A stretch of DNA of 64,000 bases. Source: Tubulanus polymorphus (lineage: Eukaryota; Animalia; Nemertea). Shown here piece by piece: positions 1 through 13,024 of this stretch. The notes under the pieces were generated by a model that was not told the origin of the DNA, did not search any database, and was given only the letters and a program-made list of their open reading frames with translations. The DNA lies in assembly GCF_964204645.1 (NCBI RefSeq), contig NC_134032.1, positions 15,240,275 to 15,304,274 on the forward strand, read 5' to 3'. The stretch's first letter is position 1. Every line of letters starts with the position of its first letter. A program made the position numbers and the translations under genes.

Positions 1-907
1 CCTGGCGGCTGAACAAAAACATCGAATTTTGATCCATTCTATACTTTATGCCGGGCACAAGCGTTGTACACGTTTTAAATAAATAAAGTCTGAATTGAAA
101 ATTGAATTGTCGAAAGTTGTCTTTGTCCAGAGTCGAGACAAAATGCGACTAAATTTTTGAATATTTCAAAGAACGTACCGCGTAACTAAGACTGTTCAAG
201 TAGTTATTTGACCAGTAAATGAAATGACCAACATTCAGATTTGGTAGCGAAACTAAAAATCTCCGAATTCTAATCCATATTCCGCAATGTATCGAAGGAT
301 TGGAAAAAAGTCTTCTTTTACTGAAGTTGAATTATAGACTTATATATAGCGACTCTCGTGACGTCATTCGGCATATCTCCGCACGCGACCTTGAACTCGA
401 TAACGACACACGACCCGGGACAGCTTGGGGGTAATTCGATTCTTTCTGCTCGTTACAAAAACGATTGATCGCATCTAATCAATAGAATCAAGGATTCGAA
501 CCCAATAATCTGTGGGCTATCGAATCACATTTTCCCCTACGATAAACTGGCGTCGTCCGATTCCGGTATTGAACTGTCACAAACGAAGTAATGGAGTCGC
601 GTATAGATTTTTAGATCAGACTTCTCATCAATTCGTCAATTATTTTCTGCTGATAATAACGTGAGTATCGACTTTAATATAGACGACGACATGCCGTGAG
701 TCGAATGTACAATCCCGTAGCAGCCAGCCAATCCATCTCTCGATTTTCACGAAAGCGGAAATTTCATCTTGGACGTGGAACTTTTTGTAAGCCACTCCGC
801 AAATGCCCCGTAAATACCTCGCAAATGCCCCGCAGTAATTTTTTTACTAGCTCGGAATAGTTAAAACGTTTAATTTTGATCAAATCTGATCAAATCTTTA
901 CTCATTC

Positions 908-1040
908 ACCCGATGAAGCTACGATACATTACTAGCGAGAACTTGTCACACCTATAAAATACTACTAGAATATGAGTTGAATGAACAGGATGATGAAGCT
1001 ACCAGATATTAGTAGCGAAAGCTCGTGCGTCTAATAAACT
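908..1040 (+). mobile_element. Two degenerate hammerhead-like motifs in tandem (Penelope-like element terminal repeat remnant)
   Basis: CCGATGA-A-GCTA..TAGC-GAGAACTTGTC (910-947) and ATGATGA-A-GCTAC-cagatatta-GTAGC-GAAA-GCTC (990-1024) followed by AATAAA. Both have the CUGAnGA/stem II/GAAA layout, with core substitutions. Confidence 0.5.
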
Positions 1041-1878
1041 AGTCATACCTATATAAAAATTTTTTTTTTTCGAAATAAAGTTCGCAAAATCTCAGGATCT
1101 GGTTTCCAGGAAAGTCGCATGGAAAGAGATATAGTTCTACTTACGGAAGCCCCTAGGTGACATACGAGATAATTTTTTTTCACAATTTCGACTGATAAAG
1201 TACTACTCGATTCGTTGAAGATATAATATTAATGTCTGTGTCTTATCTCGGAGAGATGTTGTCGTCGGCGCGTTACACTGGTAACACGGTGTTAAGTGTA
1301 ACCAGTGACTGAGGTCTCTACTCTTAATAATCTACAATAGCAATAACAACTGCGGCAAACATCGTCTCACTGTGTCTGTACTCACCGGGCGGCCGGGAAC
1401 ATATTGAAAAAATGTATCTTCTGCCGCACAGTATAACAAACTATTAGACAAATACTCCGAACGAGCCACAGTGACGGGTGATAGGAAAATCGATAAAATC
1501 GATCGGTGTTCTTTTTTGACAATAACAACGTTGAGGCCTCGGCGCGGGTGGTTTTTTCGTGAAAGCAGAAATTGAGGATATCGGTAATCATCCGCGTACT
1601 GGGTCGTTATATGGAATCAATTATCAGCTATCCGCGGAGTGTTCTCCTTCGTTGTTTGAATTGCTAACTGGTTCTTGAGATGGTGCATAAAAACCCTCGA
1701 TTTCCGCGCACTAAGGCAATGATTTTTTCTTAAATGGAAACGTTTGTTGTAAAATCGAATCATCGATGCCCTGACATCTTATCTTTACACATTCAAGATT
1801 TCATCATTCATATCAGGTTCAACAGCTGTTTGCGCTTACGCCTAAACATGTTTGACGAAATTTGCATATGTAAATTGA

Positions 1879-1949
1879 GCATCGGTGGTTCAGTGGTAGA
1901 ATTCTCGCCTGCCACGCGGGGGGCCCGGGTTCGATTCCCGGCCGATGCA
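1879..1949 (+). tRNA. tRNA-Gly(GCC), copy 1
   Basis: GCATCGGTGGTTCAGTGGTAGAATTCTCGCCTGCCACGCGGGGGGCCCGGGTTCGATTCCCGGCCGATGCA: 71 nt, cloverleaf, A and B boxes, anticodon GCC, downstream T-run. Confidence 0.97.
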
Positions 1950-2186
1950 AGTTCATTTTTCGAAATTTATTTTTGCACTTTGAATATTATGAATCGAGTT
2001 TTTTTTCTGCATGATTCTACATTTGTAACTAGCCTGCACCATCGGAAATGAGGCTCAGCTTGATACAATGCCTTTTTGATACTGTGTAAGGTTCAAAAGT
2101 ATATATCATCAAATGTCAAACACACCTGCGCTTTGCAACTGTTCTGGATCGGAATTTAAGACTTGAGATTCAAAGTATTCTCATGG

Positions 2187-2257
2187 GCATCGGTGGTTCA
2201 GTGGTAGAATTCTCGCCTGCCACGCGGGGGGCCCGGGTTCGATTCCCGGCCGATGCA
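2187..2257 (+). tRNA. tRNA-Gly(GCC), copy 2
   Basis: Identical 71-nt sequence; TTTCTTTTT terminator follows. Confidence 0.97.
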
Positions 2258-3960
2258 ATTTCTTTTTCACGCAAACAATAACGATATTACTTTTACATAT
2301 TAACATAACTATTACTTATCACGCCATGCTTATAAAGAAGTACCTATACGAGTGCGTAACTACTACGATGATTACGATGATTACGATCGTCACGATCGTT
2401 TTAAACGCCGGGAAATACAACGGTAAAGTAACGAAATTAATTGTTAAATTGAGCCCGGAACGGTAGAATTACATATAAACGGTATTCGATTACCTATGTT
2501 AATGATACAATATTACCTCAAATTGCGTAATCGTTTACTATTTTCGAAAATCGGATTCATAAAAAAGAAAGTTTCAAATCATTAGATTTTCACGATCGCG
2601 TGGCAACAATAACGAACGTTTTTTACGCGATAATTTCGAATTTCTCTTCCATACGGCAGCGCATATGGAAAATAGAATAACCAATGACGAAGTAAAGAAT
2701 ATCGAATAAAGAATAACGAATTAAAGGCACACGTATTTCTCTATCGCTTCATATACGGATATTCATCCTACTGTAAAGGGTTTCTCGGAAGACGAGCCCA
2801 GTTTGGATTCTACTACAGCAAACTCGCAAACTTGCCGACTCGCAGTCTGGTACAAACTCGTAGCACGAAGCTAAAACGCTCACTCGCTCGTCAGCATCAA
2901 TGATTGCGGCAACTGACTTCCGGTTGCGCGGTTGTCTGACTCGCTCTCTCTCTCCGCGCGAGCAATCAGTGCTCGATGCCGCCGCCGAAAAGACTACTGA
3001 TTATCAGGTATCTATACACGTCGTACATAACGAATTGGCCGTCGAAATCACATCCGCGACCACATGCCGTATAGAATTACCAATCACTCCGAGGCGGTGC
3101 GCAGATTGCTGCTAGGCCGGTGGAGAATCTTTACAATAGTGCCACCTATCGGATACTCGATTGCCACAGTGTAGCTTTATCATTTATTAACCGTATTACA
3201 CATGACTGACGCGAGTGCCACCTATCGGATACTCGATTGCCACAGCAGCAGCTACAATCGGACAAGTGCTTAGATCGGACCCTGTAGCTTTGTCATTCAT
3301 AACAGTATTACACAGATGCCTGATTTCACACTAGCGCCACGTATCGGATACCAGGTCGGAAAATACGCGCTAGTATCTGCGCGGTAACCTAGTGACCACG
3401 CAACAATAGAGTTCGCGAACGTTCGATGAAGAAAGATGACTCCATCCCCCTCCCCTCTGTCTCACGATGAAATCCAATCTAAAGTGTGTATGTGCAACAA
3501 GCAGTGGTAGTTACTCGTGCACCAAGCCATACACCGATAGAAGATAAATGATATGGTGGTTGTCAATTCCAGCCTCATTAAGCCGTCAATTGGTCCATCG
3601 CTATGTGACAGGTGGTTGTTCCGACCCGAGCTGCGGTTATAATTGGAAATAGAAAAAAGCCCTTCTACTGCTTGCGGTGGAAATGCCAGATGAAATATAC
3701 AAACATATATATAATATACTTGTAACTTGCAACGGCTTGAAGGCCACACGTCACTGATCGTCTGTCATATCATTTCAAATAGCGATAATTCCGTCCGTAC
3801 TGGTAGTCAGTGTTGTCCAGGGTCCACTTTCAGTTTCCACTATCAGACAAGTGGTTTGAGTTAGACCCAAAGTTCAGGATTCAGTTCCAAAGATTGCGGT
3901 TAATATTTGACCCAAAGCTGGAAAAAATAATCGCCGGATGGATCTCATTTTACTTTCACT

Positions 3961-4070
3961 CGTGGACCTGTGGACCCGTGGACCCGTGGACCCGTGGACC
4001 CGTGGACCCGTGGACCCGTGGACCCGTGGACCCGTGGACCCGTGGACCCGTGGACCCGTGGACCCGTGGA
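3961..4070. repeat. 8-bp minisatellite (GTGGACCC)n
   Basis: About 13 tandem copies, directly visible. Confidence 0.95.
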
Positions 4071-4166
4071 ACTCGGTTCGATTTCACGGCGTGATATGAT
4101 AAGTACCGGGTAATATTACTAAAAGTGAATAATGTAAAAATAGGATAAAGTTCACAAAAACATGAT

Positions 4167-4237
4167 TGCATCGGCCGGGAATCGAACCCGGGCCCCCCGC
4201 GTGGCAGGCGAGAATTCTACCACTGAACCACCGATGC
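4167..4237 (-). tRNA. tRNA-Gly(GCC), copy 3
   Basis: Exact reverse complement of the 71-nt gene. Confidence 0.97.
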
Positions 4238-4482
4238 CTATGAAGTCTTGCCAAATCTCAAGTGAAGAATACCGATCCATGACACTTTGAAAACGTGCAG
4301 GTGTGTTTGACAATGATGATATATACTTTAGCTTGTGCAGTATTAAAACACATTGTATTAAAGCTGAGCCTCATTTCCGATCGGTGCAGAACAGTTACAA
4401 ATGTAGAATCTCACAGAAAAATAGATTCTTATATCCACAATGTGTTTTAAACGTGGCAAAAATGAATTTCAAAAAATAACTT

Positions 4483-4553
4483 TGCATCGGCCGGGAATCG
4501 AACCCGGGCCCCCCGCGTGGCAGGCGAGAATTCTACCACTGAACCACCGATGC
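4483..4553 (-). tRNA. tRNA-Gly(GCC), copy 4
   Basis: Exact reverse complement of the 71-nt gene. Confidence 0.97.
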
Positions 4554-4775
4554 TTGATGACAAATCTTTAATCTTAAGTCCCCAAGTCAAATGCAGGACA
4601 CTTTGCAAAGTGCAGGTGTATATGACATCGATAGTTTTTGCAGTATTGAAGACACTGTCTAAAGCTGAGCATAAATCAACCGATTTAATAAGTAAAAGCT
4701 CCCAGAAAAAACCCGATTCCTTCAGAATGCTTTATTTAAGACAACGCAAAAGTAATTTCGAAAAGTAACTTTGTT

Positions 4776-4818
4776 TGCATCGGCTGGGAATCTAACCCCA
4801 GCCTCTCCTTGTGGGCCG
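4776..4818 (-). pseudogene. Decayed 3' half of a tRNA-Gly gene
   Basis: tgcatcggctgggaatctaaccccagcctctccttgtgg resembles tgcatcggccgggaatcgaacccgggccccccgcgtgg, with B-box damage. It sits at the expected ~300-bp period after copy 4. Confidence 0.75.
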
Positions 4819-5696
4819 TTAGACTTCAATAGGATGTTGGTAGAACGTTGGAAGTTGTGATTTGTATCCTACAGGTTTCAGTCCCATCGAGGGGGCAAGA
4901 TACATCTACCATTGAACCTTACCCCCTCCCCCAAAAATTGTTCCAATTATAGTTAATAGCTAACGGTAACTCATTTTTTTGAGACACCCTGTTCCGAATT
5001 AGGTGGACTTTGTTTATTTTCACTTTTTTTTCGAAAATTGAATAATCCTTGTAGTCAGAATATTTGCGGCAATCTCACGCTATGTACATTGCTTGTTCTG
5101 CGAACAATTAGCCAGTGACGTTACATCGAAATCCGTGACGTCACAAGTAAGTAGGACGATAAGAAGTACGCAGGTGTGTTTGAAGTTTTAAGCTCTTCTA
5201 GAGGTTTTAAAAGGTGTCGTCACGCGCGACAACACGGCAACAATCGAATCCGTTTTCTTTTGATCGTTTGAAAAAATGACGAAAACACAGGATGTCGAAC
5301 ACACGCGCGGGCGCCGGATTTCTTTTTCTCCAAATCACGATGACGTCATCGAATACAGTGCACGCTTTAATCGGATTCATCTCGTGACGGATGAACGATC
5401 GATATAAAATGTCACCCCAGCGAGAAGCAGACGATTTTATTGTTGTTTACTGCTAGCAACAATAATAATGATCCCGGTGGAGATTACGACTCTCTCCTCG
5501 GTGAGAGGAGGAAGAAGAAAACTAATCCGGTTCCGCTCTGATTTCTGGGGAGAACTTTCAAGTACCAATCAGTGCAGAATAACATTAGATCACTGCGCAA
5601 TTTATTGCGCATGGAACAATAAATTGCTGTAGCACTGATTTAAAAGGTATTTAGTCGAGTTGGATGGAAGAAGCATGGAGGGAATTAGAGATGGAC

Positions 5697-6015
5697 GGGG
5701 AGAGGGAGCGGGAGAGGAGAGAGGGAGAGAGGGAGAGGGTGAGGAGAGAGGGAGAGGGAGAGAGGGAGAGAGGGAGAGGAGAGAGGGAGAGAGAGAGAGA
5801 GAGAGGGAGAGGAGAGAGGGAGAGAGGGAGAGGAGAGAGGGAGAGAGGGAGAGAGAGGGAGAGGGAGAGAGGAGAGAGGGAGAGAGGGGGAGAGGGAGAG
5901 GGAGAGGGAGAGAGGGAGAGGGAGAGGGAGAGAGGGAGAGGGAGAGGGAGAGAGGGAGAGAGGGAGAGAGGGAGAGAGGGAGAGGAGAGAGGGAGAGAGG
6001 GAGAGAGGGAGAGGG
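5697..6015. repeat. GA-rich simple repeat (GGGAGA/GA)n
   Basis: Pure purine tract. Confidence 0.95.
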
Positions 6016-6369
6016 CATTGCGCTGGCACTTAAACGCGCTTGCGTGTTCGAATACGACTCTCTGTCGATAGGTGTCGCTGATTGCGGCGATATGTAGATA
6101 GAAGTCGGGTTCAATCAGAATAAATAGAACCCGACGATGTTTGATTGCGTCAGCTCATCGCACAGCAGACGAACGCGCGTGCTCTGAATTTATAAAACTT
6201 GTTTCGTTAATTTTCCGCCTAAGCGACGACGTTGCAGAGAATGGGCGGCATCGAATTATACCTGACCTACCCGCGGTGTCACCTACAGTCGCCAGGTCAA
6301 GGTCGAACGTGAACTGTCACGATGGCAGACGATATCCGACTCTGATGGACCTACGAGGACTCCTTGGCA

Positions 6370-6630
6370 TGTTAGGATCCACCAGGTGTCGCAAGTGTGC
6401 AGTAGGATACCAACTAATGCGGCAATAGAAGATTCCACGTGTGGCAAGTGATGATCCACCAGGTGTCGCTAGTGTGCAGTAGGACACCAACTACTGCGGC
6501 AAAAGAGGATTCCACTTGTGGCAAGTGATGATCCACCAGGTGTCGCTTGTATGCAATTGGGGCATCAACTACTGCGGCAATGGAGGATTCCGCATGTGGC
6601 AAGTGAGGATCCACCAGGTGTCGCTAGTTT
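6370..6630 (+). repeat. ~77-bp tandem repeat of the CTCF-motif-like family (also 20390-20450, 24283-24500)
   Basis: GGATCCACCAGGTGTCGCTAG..ACTGCGGCAATAGAGGATTCCACTTGTGGCAAGTGA repeated about 3.5 times. Confidence 0.85.
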
Positions 6631-6775
6631 GAGCTACTCTGGGTGATCCAAAACGCAAGGCAGACAAAGTTATGCTTTACGCCACGCGAGATGAGATTTA
6701 AAATCTTTTTCTTTGTGTCTATAATAATTGGAAGTATGACAACAAAACACTTCTTCTTCAAAACAATAAACAACA

Positions 6776-6901
6776 GGGCCCGGTTTCATAAAAAATTTTA
6801 ACTCAAATTTTTGTTGTAATCGCAATTGGTTATTTCATGTATTCAAAGAGGACAACAATTCAAACTTAACCGTTTAAGGCTTAAACTTTTTCGTGAAACC
6901 G
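6776..6901. mobile_element. Small MITE-like element
   Basis: Imperfect TIRs CGGTTTCATAAAAAA (6781-6795) and TTTTTCGTGAAACCG (6887-6901). Confidence 0.5.
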
Positions 6902-7529
6902 AATTCTCTCGATTCAATTTGCTAAGACAATAGAAATTAATGAAACTGATAACGCCCCTTTAACTTTAACGGCTGGAAATCCTCGCTTCACAGTAAACCC
7001 CCTCCATATCAGCACGATAAACTGTTTTGAGTAAAACAGACGCCCCGACCCCTCCCCCGTCGCTCTGCAGAGAGAATGCAATTTAATTGAAAACGCAACC
7101 TGTCGTTCCGTATCAGCAGCTATTCGTTTTCATCTAAAAAGGATCTCGGTCGTTCGTCGGCATTCGACTCAATTACCGTTAGATATCGCAGCAATAAACC
7201 TAATCTACGAAATCGCACCTGCGGTTCTGCTGCAATTCTGCCGCTGCTACTTCAACGTTTCTGCTTCGTTTTTACCGATATCAACGTTTCAGCATCGCAA
7301 CATTTACAATACCGGTTTGTATAGTGCTAATCTCGCAAAATCTCGTGTTCTCGTGCGAGAATTTTGTGAGGAAAGAAAGCAATTTATAATGGAATATCTC
7401 GATTTTAGTGTCTCTTGAAATGTGGACGATCAGTCTATGAAAGTGGGCTGATAAATGTCTAATGTCTGGTGTTTACAGAGCATTCTCCTTCTCCATGTCC
7501 CCCGTCCTGTCCCTAACCTGTTTACCGCT

Positions 7530-7591
7530 CCCCCTCTCCCCCTCTTCTTGTACCTCTCTGTCCCTCTCTCTTCTCTCTGTCCCTGTCCCTA

Positions 7592-7623
<32 letters not shown>

Positions 7624-7792
7624 TCTCTCCCTGTCCCTGTCCCTCTCCCTCTCTCTCTCTCCCTGTCCCTGTTCCTGTCCCTGTCCCTCTCCCTCTCTCT
7701 CTCTCCCAGTCCCCGTTCCTGTCCCTGTCCCTCTCACTGTCTCTGTCTCTCTCCCTGTCCCTGTCACTGTCCCTCTCTCCATCCCTCTCCCT

Positions 7793-7875
<83 letters not shown>

Positions 7876-7905
7876 TCTCTCTCCCTCTCCCTCTCCCTGT
7901 CCCTG
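7530..7905. repeat. CT-rich simple repeat (CCCTGT/CT)n
   Basis: Pyrimidine-rich tract; the same family occurs at 18765-19015 and 61295-61800. Confidence 0.95.
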
Positions 7906-8422
7906 CTTTGCACGGAAACTCTGTGTCGTCACCGAAAACGATTTATTATCTCCATTCGAAAGCTATCGGAAATTCCGAGTAAGTCCAGAGAGGAATGTGA
8001 ACGATTTAAAGGACTTCCAAGTAAATCGTACACAGTCGTGTAGAGTCGGATCCACTGTGGAACTGTGGAACTGTGTGAACTGTGGAACTGTGTCTACTGT
8101 GTGCACTGATTGCCCTGTTTAAAAACAAAAATCAATACTCTGGTGGAATTGTTAGTTGTTTTATTGTAAGTTTATTGTCAGTTTATTACGGATTGGAATG
8201 AGTTGATTGAAAGGTGCTTCAATCACGGCGATCGTATGCAGCGGCATCAGCACCAGCAGCTGCTGCATGGCACCAGCAGATCATCATCTTGCGTATCACT
8301 TGAAAGATTGCTGAGAGAGACCTAGCTAGCATCAATGATTGATGATGAAGTATGAATAGCTAGTTTGATGCCGGTATTAGTAGTTTTATTAAGAGGTTGT
8401 CGTGTTAGTTGAGAGGGAAAGT

Positions 8423-8467
8423 AGCAGCAGCGGCAGCAGCAGCAGCAGCAGCAGCAGCAGCGGCGGC

Positions 8468-8501
<34 letters not shown>
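8423..8501. repeat. (CAG/CGG)n microsatellite
   Basis: Directly visible; similar tracts at 18528-18587, 46060-46104, 52601-52680 and 52853-52926. Confidence 0.95.
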
Positions 8502-8502
<1 letters not shown>

Positions 8503-8571
8503 ACGATGCCGTAAATATATTGAATCTAGAATATCATAGAACAAATATAATAATCAAATATAATCAAAGAA

Positions 8572-8800
8572 CTTCCTGTCGTGTACAAGGTCCTTATGGT
8601 GACGTACAAAGACCTTTCTGAACCTTCCTTCCTTCACGAGTTGTTCACTGACAGCCTATCGAGGCTCTGAAAAACCCCGGCTAGTTCAGCCAGTTGCTCA
8701 AAAGTAGAACATGGGCAACTGGCCGGAACTGGAGATAGATCGACGCTTACCAATCGTAAGCTCGCTCACATCGACACATTCAAGCAACTGATCGTATCCA
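8572..8800 (+). mobile_element. Degenerate 3' ORF2 fragment of an L2/CR1-type LINE
   Basis: Translates as LPVVYKVLMVTYKDLSEPSFLHELF..RL*, later HIDTFKQLI. This resembles the L2/CR1 C-terminal LPV..YKILLLTYKAL..P.YL.ELL..RLRS..FK..LK signature; interrupted by stops. Confidence 0.5.
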
Positions 8801-8879
8801 GCCAGTTCCTCTCATGCGCCGAAAACTGCCTTGCAACTAGTTGTCTCCAATCGCACTGTCGATGTGCGCTAGGCTTTAC

Positions 8880-9000
8880 TCACAAACTGTAGAACTGGAT
8901 CCTAAGTTCAGAGTTAACTCAAACTCACAACTGTGGAACTAGATCCTAAGTTCAGAGTTAACTCAAACTCACAACTGTGGAACTGGATCCTGAGTTCAGA
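8880..9000. repeat. ~43-bp tandem repeat of a MITE-TIR-like unit (also 55610-55885)
   Basis: AACTGTGGAACTGGATCCTGAGTTCAGAGTTAACTCAAACTCAC repeated about 3 times. Confidence 0.85.
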
Positions 9001-10194
9001 CTTCGCTGTATGCTATTCATTTTAACAGGGACGGTGGTTTCTCTGATCTGTTCAAATCGTGTCTTTAGAACTGGTGGTGTTTTTAATACAAACACCACCA
9101 GCTCTTCTATCATTACACATCGTGATCTGTCATTAGAATCGCTCGTTAATTACTGCTCGCAAATATTTAGCCGCAGCGCGATTAGACAAACATAACGCAA
9201 TCACACACGGAGGCGGCCGGTGACGGCGAGGCAGAGCAGACGAGATTTTACCAGTTTATCACTGCATCTTTAAAATATACGTGGGCGCACGCACCTGATA
9301 GTCAGTCGTTGAGGAATACAGACCCTGCGCCAAGTTTGACCGAATCAGACCAGAGAGTCTAAAATCGATCTACTTGGGCACGCGGAATTGCTGCCAGCTG
9401 TCATGGCGCCCCCTACTATATTAGATCACAGGTCATAGATAGATAGATAGATAGACCAGATTAAAATTCGGCCCGTGCCTAATAAGACTCACACGTTTTT
9501 AAACTACTCACTCGATACTAAACAATGCTTAAACAAAGCGAAGTGAGTCACTTCCGGAACCGGTTCAGCAATGATTTGATCCGTGCTGAAATTGGGCTCG
9601 GGCCTGACGGTCCGACGGTTTTCGTTCGGAACAAACAGGCACGGGTGACACCTTTTGACACCCGTGCAACCAGATGTTCCGGGCCAAATTTAGCCTCTAA
9701 ACAAAATGTGACTGAAGTCCGAAGTAATCAGGAAAGGAACACACTATAGAGGGATACAGCGTCATAGTTCTATGAGCTCTATAGTCGGTTCCAATTTTTT
9801 AAATGCGTAGTTATTTCGTCCGTATAAAGTCAACTTCGATTACGTATCTACCTTCACTGGATTACAGGGTTGGATTACAGGGATTACCTGCCGTTTCGCT
9901 CGATTCCTTGTTGACACGGACACGATCCGGCGCCGGTGTCCTGCATTTAGGGATAACACGGATAAGTGGAAGAAGCGTACTCGATGACGGATGAAGCTCT
10001 TGAGTGGCTGACAGTGACCGAGTCAAACAGGCCGCACAGATTATATCGTCCACTTCACGCACACTGTGTCCATTAACTACAGCTATCAGATTCCGTGTGT
10101 GGTCAACCAAACACTCAGTTACAACGACGTCACGATATGGTTATGCGTTAGAGATCTTTACTAGTCATGACACGTGGTGTCCGCTTTGGTCATC

Positions 10195-10950
10195 GACCCT
10201 TGGCTGGTCGCGACACATGGCCTCTGTTCTGGTCAACCCCCTGGCCTGGTCTACCGCTGGCTGGTCACTACCCCCCGGCTGGTCGCGACACATGGCCTCT
10301 GTTCTGGTCTACCCCTCCCCTTGTCTGGTCTACTACTGGCTGGTCACTACCCCCCGGCTGGTCGCGACACATGGCCTCTGTTCTGGGCAACCCCCTGGCC
10401 TGGTCTACCGCTGGCTGGTCACTACCCCCCGGCTGGTCACGACACGTGGCCTCTGCTCTGGTCAACCCCCTGGCCTGGTCTACCGCTGGCTGGTCACTAC
10501 CCCCCGGCTGGTCACGACACGTGGCCTCTGCTCTGGTCAACCCCCTGGCCTGGTCTACCGCTGGCTGGTCACTACCCCCGGCTGGTCGCGACACGTGGCC
10601 TCAGCTCTGGTCAATCCCCTGGCCTGGTCTACCGCTGGCTGGTCACTACCCCCCGGCTGGTCACGACACATGGCCTCTGCTACGGTCACTCCCCCTGGCC
10701 TGGTCTACCGCTGGCTGGTCACTACCCCCGGCTGGTCACGACACGTGGCCTCTGCTCTGGTCTACCCCTCCCCTTGCCTGGTCTACAACTGGCTGGTCAC
10801 TACCCCCTTGCTGGTCACGACACATGGCCTCTGCTATGGTCACTCCCCCTGGCTGGTCTACTACTGGCTGGTCACTACCCCCTTGCTGGTCACGACACAT
10901 GGCCTCTGCTACGGTCACTCTCCCTGGCTGGTCTACTCCGTGGCCTGGTC
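10195..10950. repeat. GC-rich ~70-76-bp minisatellite
   Basis: GGCTGGTCACGACACATGGCCTCTG..GGTCTACCGCTGGCTGGTCACTACCCCCC repeated about 10 times. ORFs in several frames reflect the absence of stop codons in the unit. Confidence 0.92.
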
Positions 10951-11091
10951 TGGTTATTGGCCTACCAATGATTTGTGCTATTGACTTATAGTTAAATAAA
11001 ATATATTGTCAAATGTCAAACACACCTGCTGCCCGTTTTCAAATTGTCCTGGATTGGACTTTTAGACTTTAGATTGTAGACCAAAGAACAA

Positions 11092-11162
11092 GCATCGGTG
11101 GTTCAGTGGTAGAATTCTCGCCTGCCACGCGGGGGGCCCGGGTTCGATTCCCGGCCGATGCA
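11092..11162 (+). tRNA. tRNA-Gly(GCC), copy 5
   Basis: Identical 71-nt gene, T7 terminator. Confidence 0.97.
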
Positions 11163-11382
11163 ATCTTTTTTTCTGAAGGAGATAGTTGATGGGTTTAGTT
11201 AGTTGACTTGTACAACTGTAACCTCTATAATTGGTACAACTGTATTTTAAACCACCCACCACTAAACTGCACCTTCCGAACTATAGCAACGTCGTTTCAG
11301 AAAATAAAGTCGTGTTTTATAATCTCCTAGTTACCGAGTCAAGGTTGAGGAAAATGTGACGTCATTATCGATGTTTTATTAG

Positions 11383-11513
11383 TGCGTTCGATTTATACGT
11401 CACGTCATAGTTCGGGCTTCCCCGGGGAAGTTTACAGTAACCTGCTCCGGGAGTCACTCACTTTAAACTTCCCCGGAGAAGCCCAAACTATCACGTGACG
11501 GATAAATGAATGC
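11383..11513. mobile_element. Palindromic MITE-like element
   Basis: ~50-bp imperfect inverted arms: ..CACGTCATAGTTCGGGCTTCCCCGGGGAAGTTTA / TAAACTTCCCCGGAGAAGCCCAAACTATCACGTG.. Confidence 0.65.
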
Positions 11514-12227
11514 GTCCGGGTATATTCAGAATTTACCCGCCGGAGAAGATAACAGAACGCGCTAAGAGAGGAGAGGAGACCAGCTCGTTGAGATCGTTAC
11601 GAATCAGCCCGAGATGGCGGTTAATGTGGGATTGCCATTAGTTACGGCTGTTGTCAATGATTGCGCAGATACTGGTGTCACGTGGTGATTTAAGGAGTCA
11701 CGTGTCACCCGTATCAAATTGGGGTTAATAGTGTTGGACGATTTGTGGAGCCAAAAATGTCCTCAATCATGGCCAGAAACTAATATATGCACTTGAAAGA
11801 GTGACGTGTGATCTGTGTTCGTTCATTGTATCAAGTTGGGAATAAATCATGGACGACGTTTGGTCGATGCATCTTTTTATCTCTTTTCGGCTTCCAATTG
11901 GCTTCGGTTTTTATCGTTGAAATAGTTCCCGATCCGAACTGAAATCAGCAACCGATCAAGACCCAGTCGTTTCGTTCATGAGCAGTCATGGTACTGGTCG
12001 CAATCTAGCCCACGTGGTTTGGTTAAATTGGTCCACTGGTAGATAGGTCATCTGGGATTGTGTCGCACAATTCCCTTATCAAGTTTAAGTCAAATATCAT
12101 TTAATGCAGGCGACACGCAGAAAATACATAACTGGGTAACATCAAGCACACCTGGTTTCATCGTGTCGCTTGTCCTTGTTAGATATACATATTATTTAAA
12201 GGCCTCAGTTAACTTCTATACCAAGAA

Positions 12228-12298
12228 GCATCGGTGGTTCAGTGGTAGAATTCTCGCCTGCCACGCGGGGGGCCCGGGTTCGATTCCCGGCCGATGCA
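12228..12298 (+). tRNA. tRNA-Gly(GCC), copy 6
   Basis: Identical 71-nt gene, T5 terminator. Confidence 0.97.
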
Positions 12299-12370
12299 AA
12301 AATATTTTTGTCAGTTTTTACAAAATTGTTCTATTAAATCAACGCAGCGACATAATGAAGTACAGGACCG

Positions 12371-12530
12371 GCCTCACAGTTGCCGCCTCACAGTTGCCGC
12401 CTCACAGTTGCCGCCTCACAGTTGCCGCCTCACAGTTGCCGCCTCACAGTTGCCGCCTCACAGTTGCCGCCTCACAGTTGCCGCCTCACAGTTGCCGCCT
12501 CACAGTTCCCGTCTCACAGTTACCGCCTCT
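12371..12530. repeat. 14-bp minisatellite (GCCTCACAGTTGCC)n
   Basis: About 11 copies. Confidence 0.95.
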
Positions 12531-13024
12531 CGTAAGTTCCTGTCACGCCGTTCTCGGGGTCAACGTTTGATTCTAAAGCTAAAAATCACTTTAAAATGCA
12601 CTGATTTCAATCCATATAAGATTCGACCAAATCCAAATCAATATACGAAAGATTATGCTTTATTGCATAGAATTCCACGTGTGTACGGATTCCCATCGAC
12701 ATCTCCCCCCTTCCCCCAGTGAATAGAAACACTAGATTTATAACTGGTCTGTCAAATCAATTTCGTTTATTAGCTTCTCAACACTTTCACACTTAGTAGC
12801 GCCAGTAATGTCTCTGATATCAATAGTCAGGTCAATATCTCTCATCGTCTGCGTGGAACACACCGTAACTCAGATTCCTGTCGAGTATCGCCTCCTCAAT
12901 TAGACACAGATCGCGCGGCAGTAACGAAATTATGAGAGAATATCGAACCTGCTTCATTCGATGCTTGTCGTCTGCCCGACAGATAAACCGATACCATCCG
13001 CCTCTGTCTAACAGAGCGGTAAAC

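Noticed and set aside
2870-3012. Promoter or first-exon-like stretch (ACTTCCGG, TCAGT, CAG|GTATCT)
   Set aside because: Only short, common motifs; cannot be supported without transcript data.
5602-8043. Long ORFs rich in S/L/P or E/R/G (also 18684-19068 and 61273-61901)
   Set aside because: They are translations of GA/CT simple repeats that lack stop codons.
10004-10991. 265-326 aa ORFs in all three plus frames
   Set aside because: Stop-free GC-rich minisatellite; indels shift frames freely and there is no domain signature.
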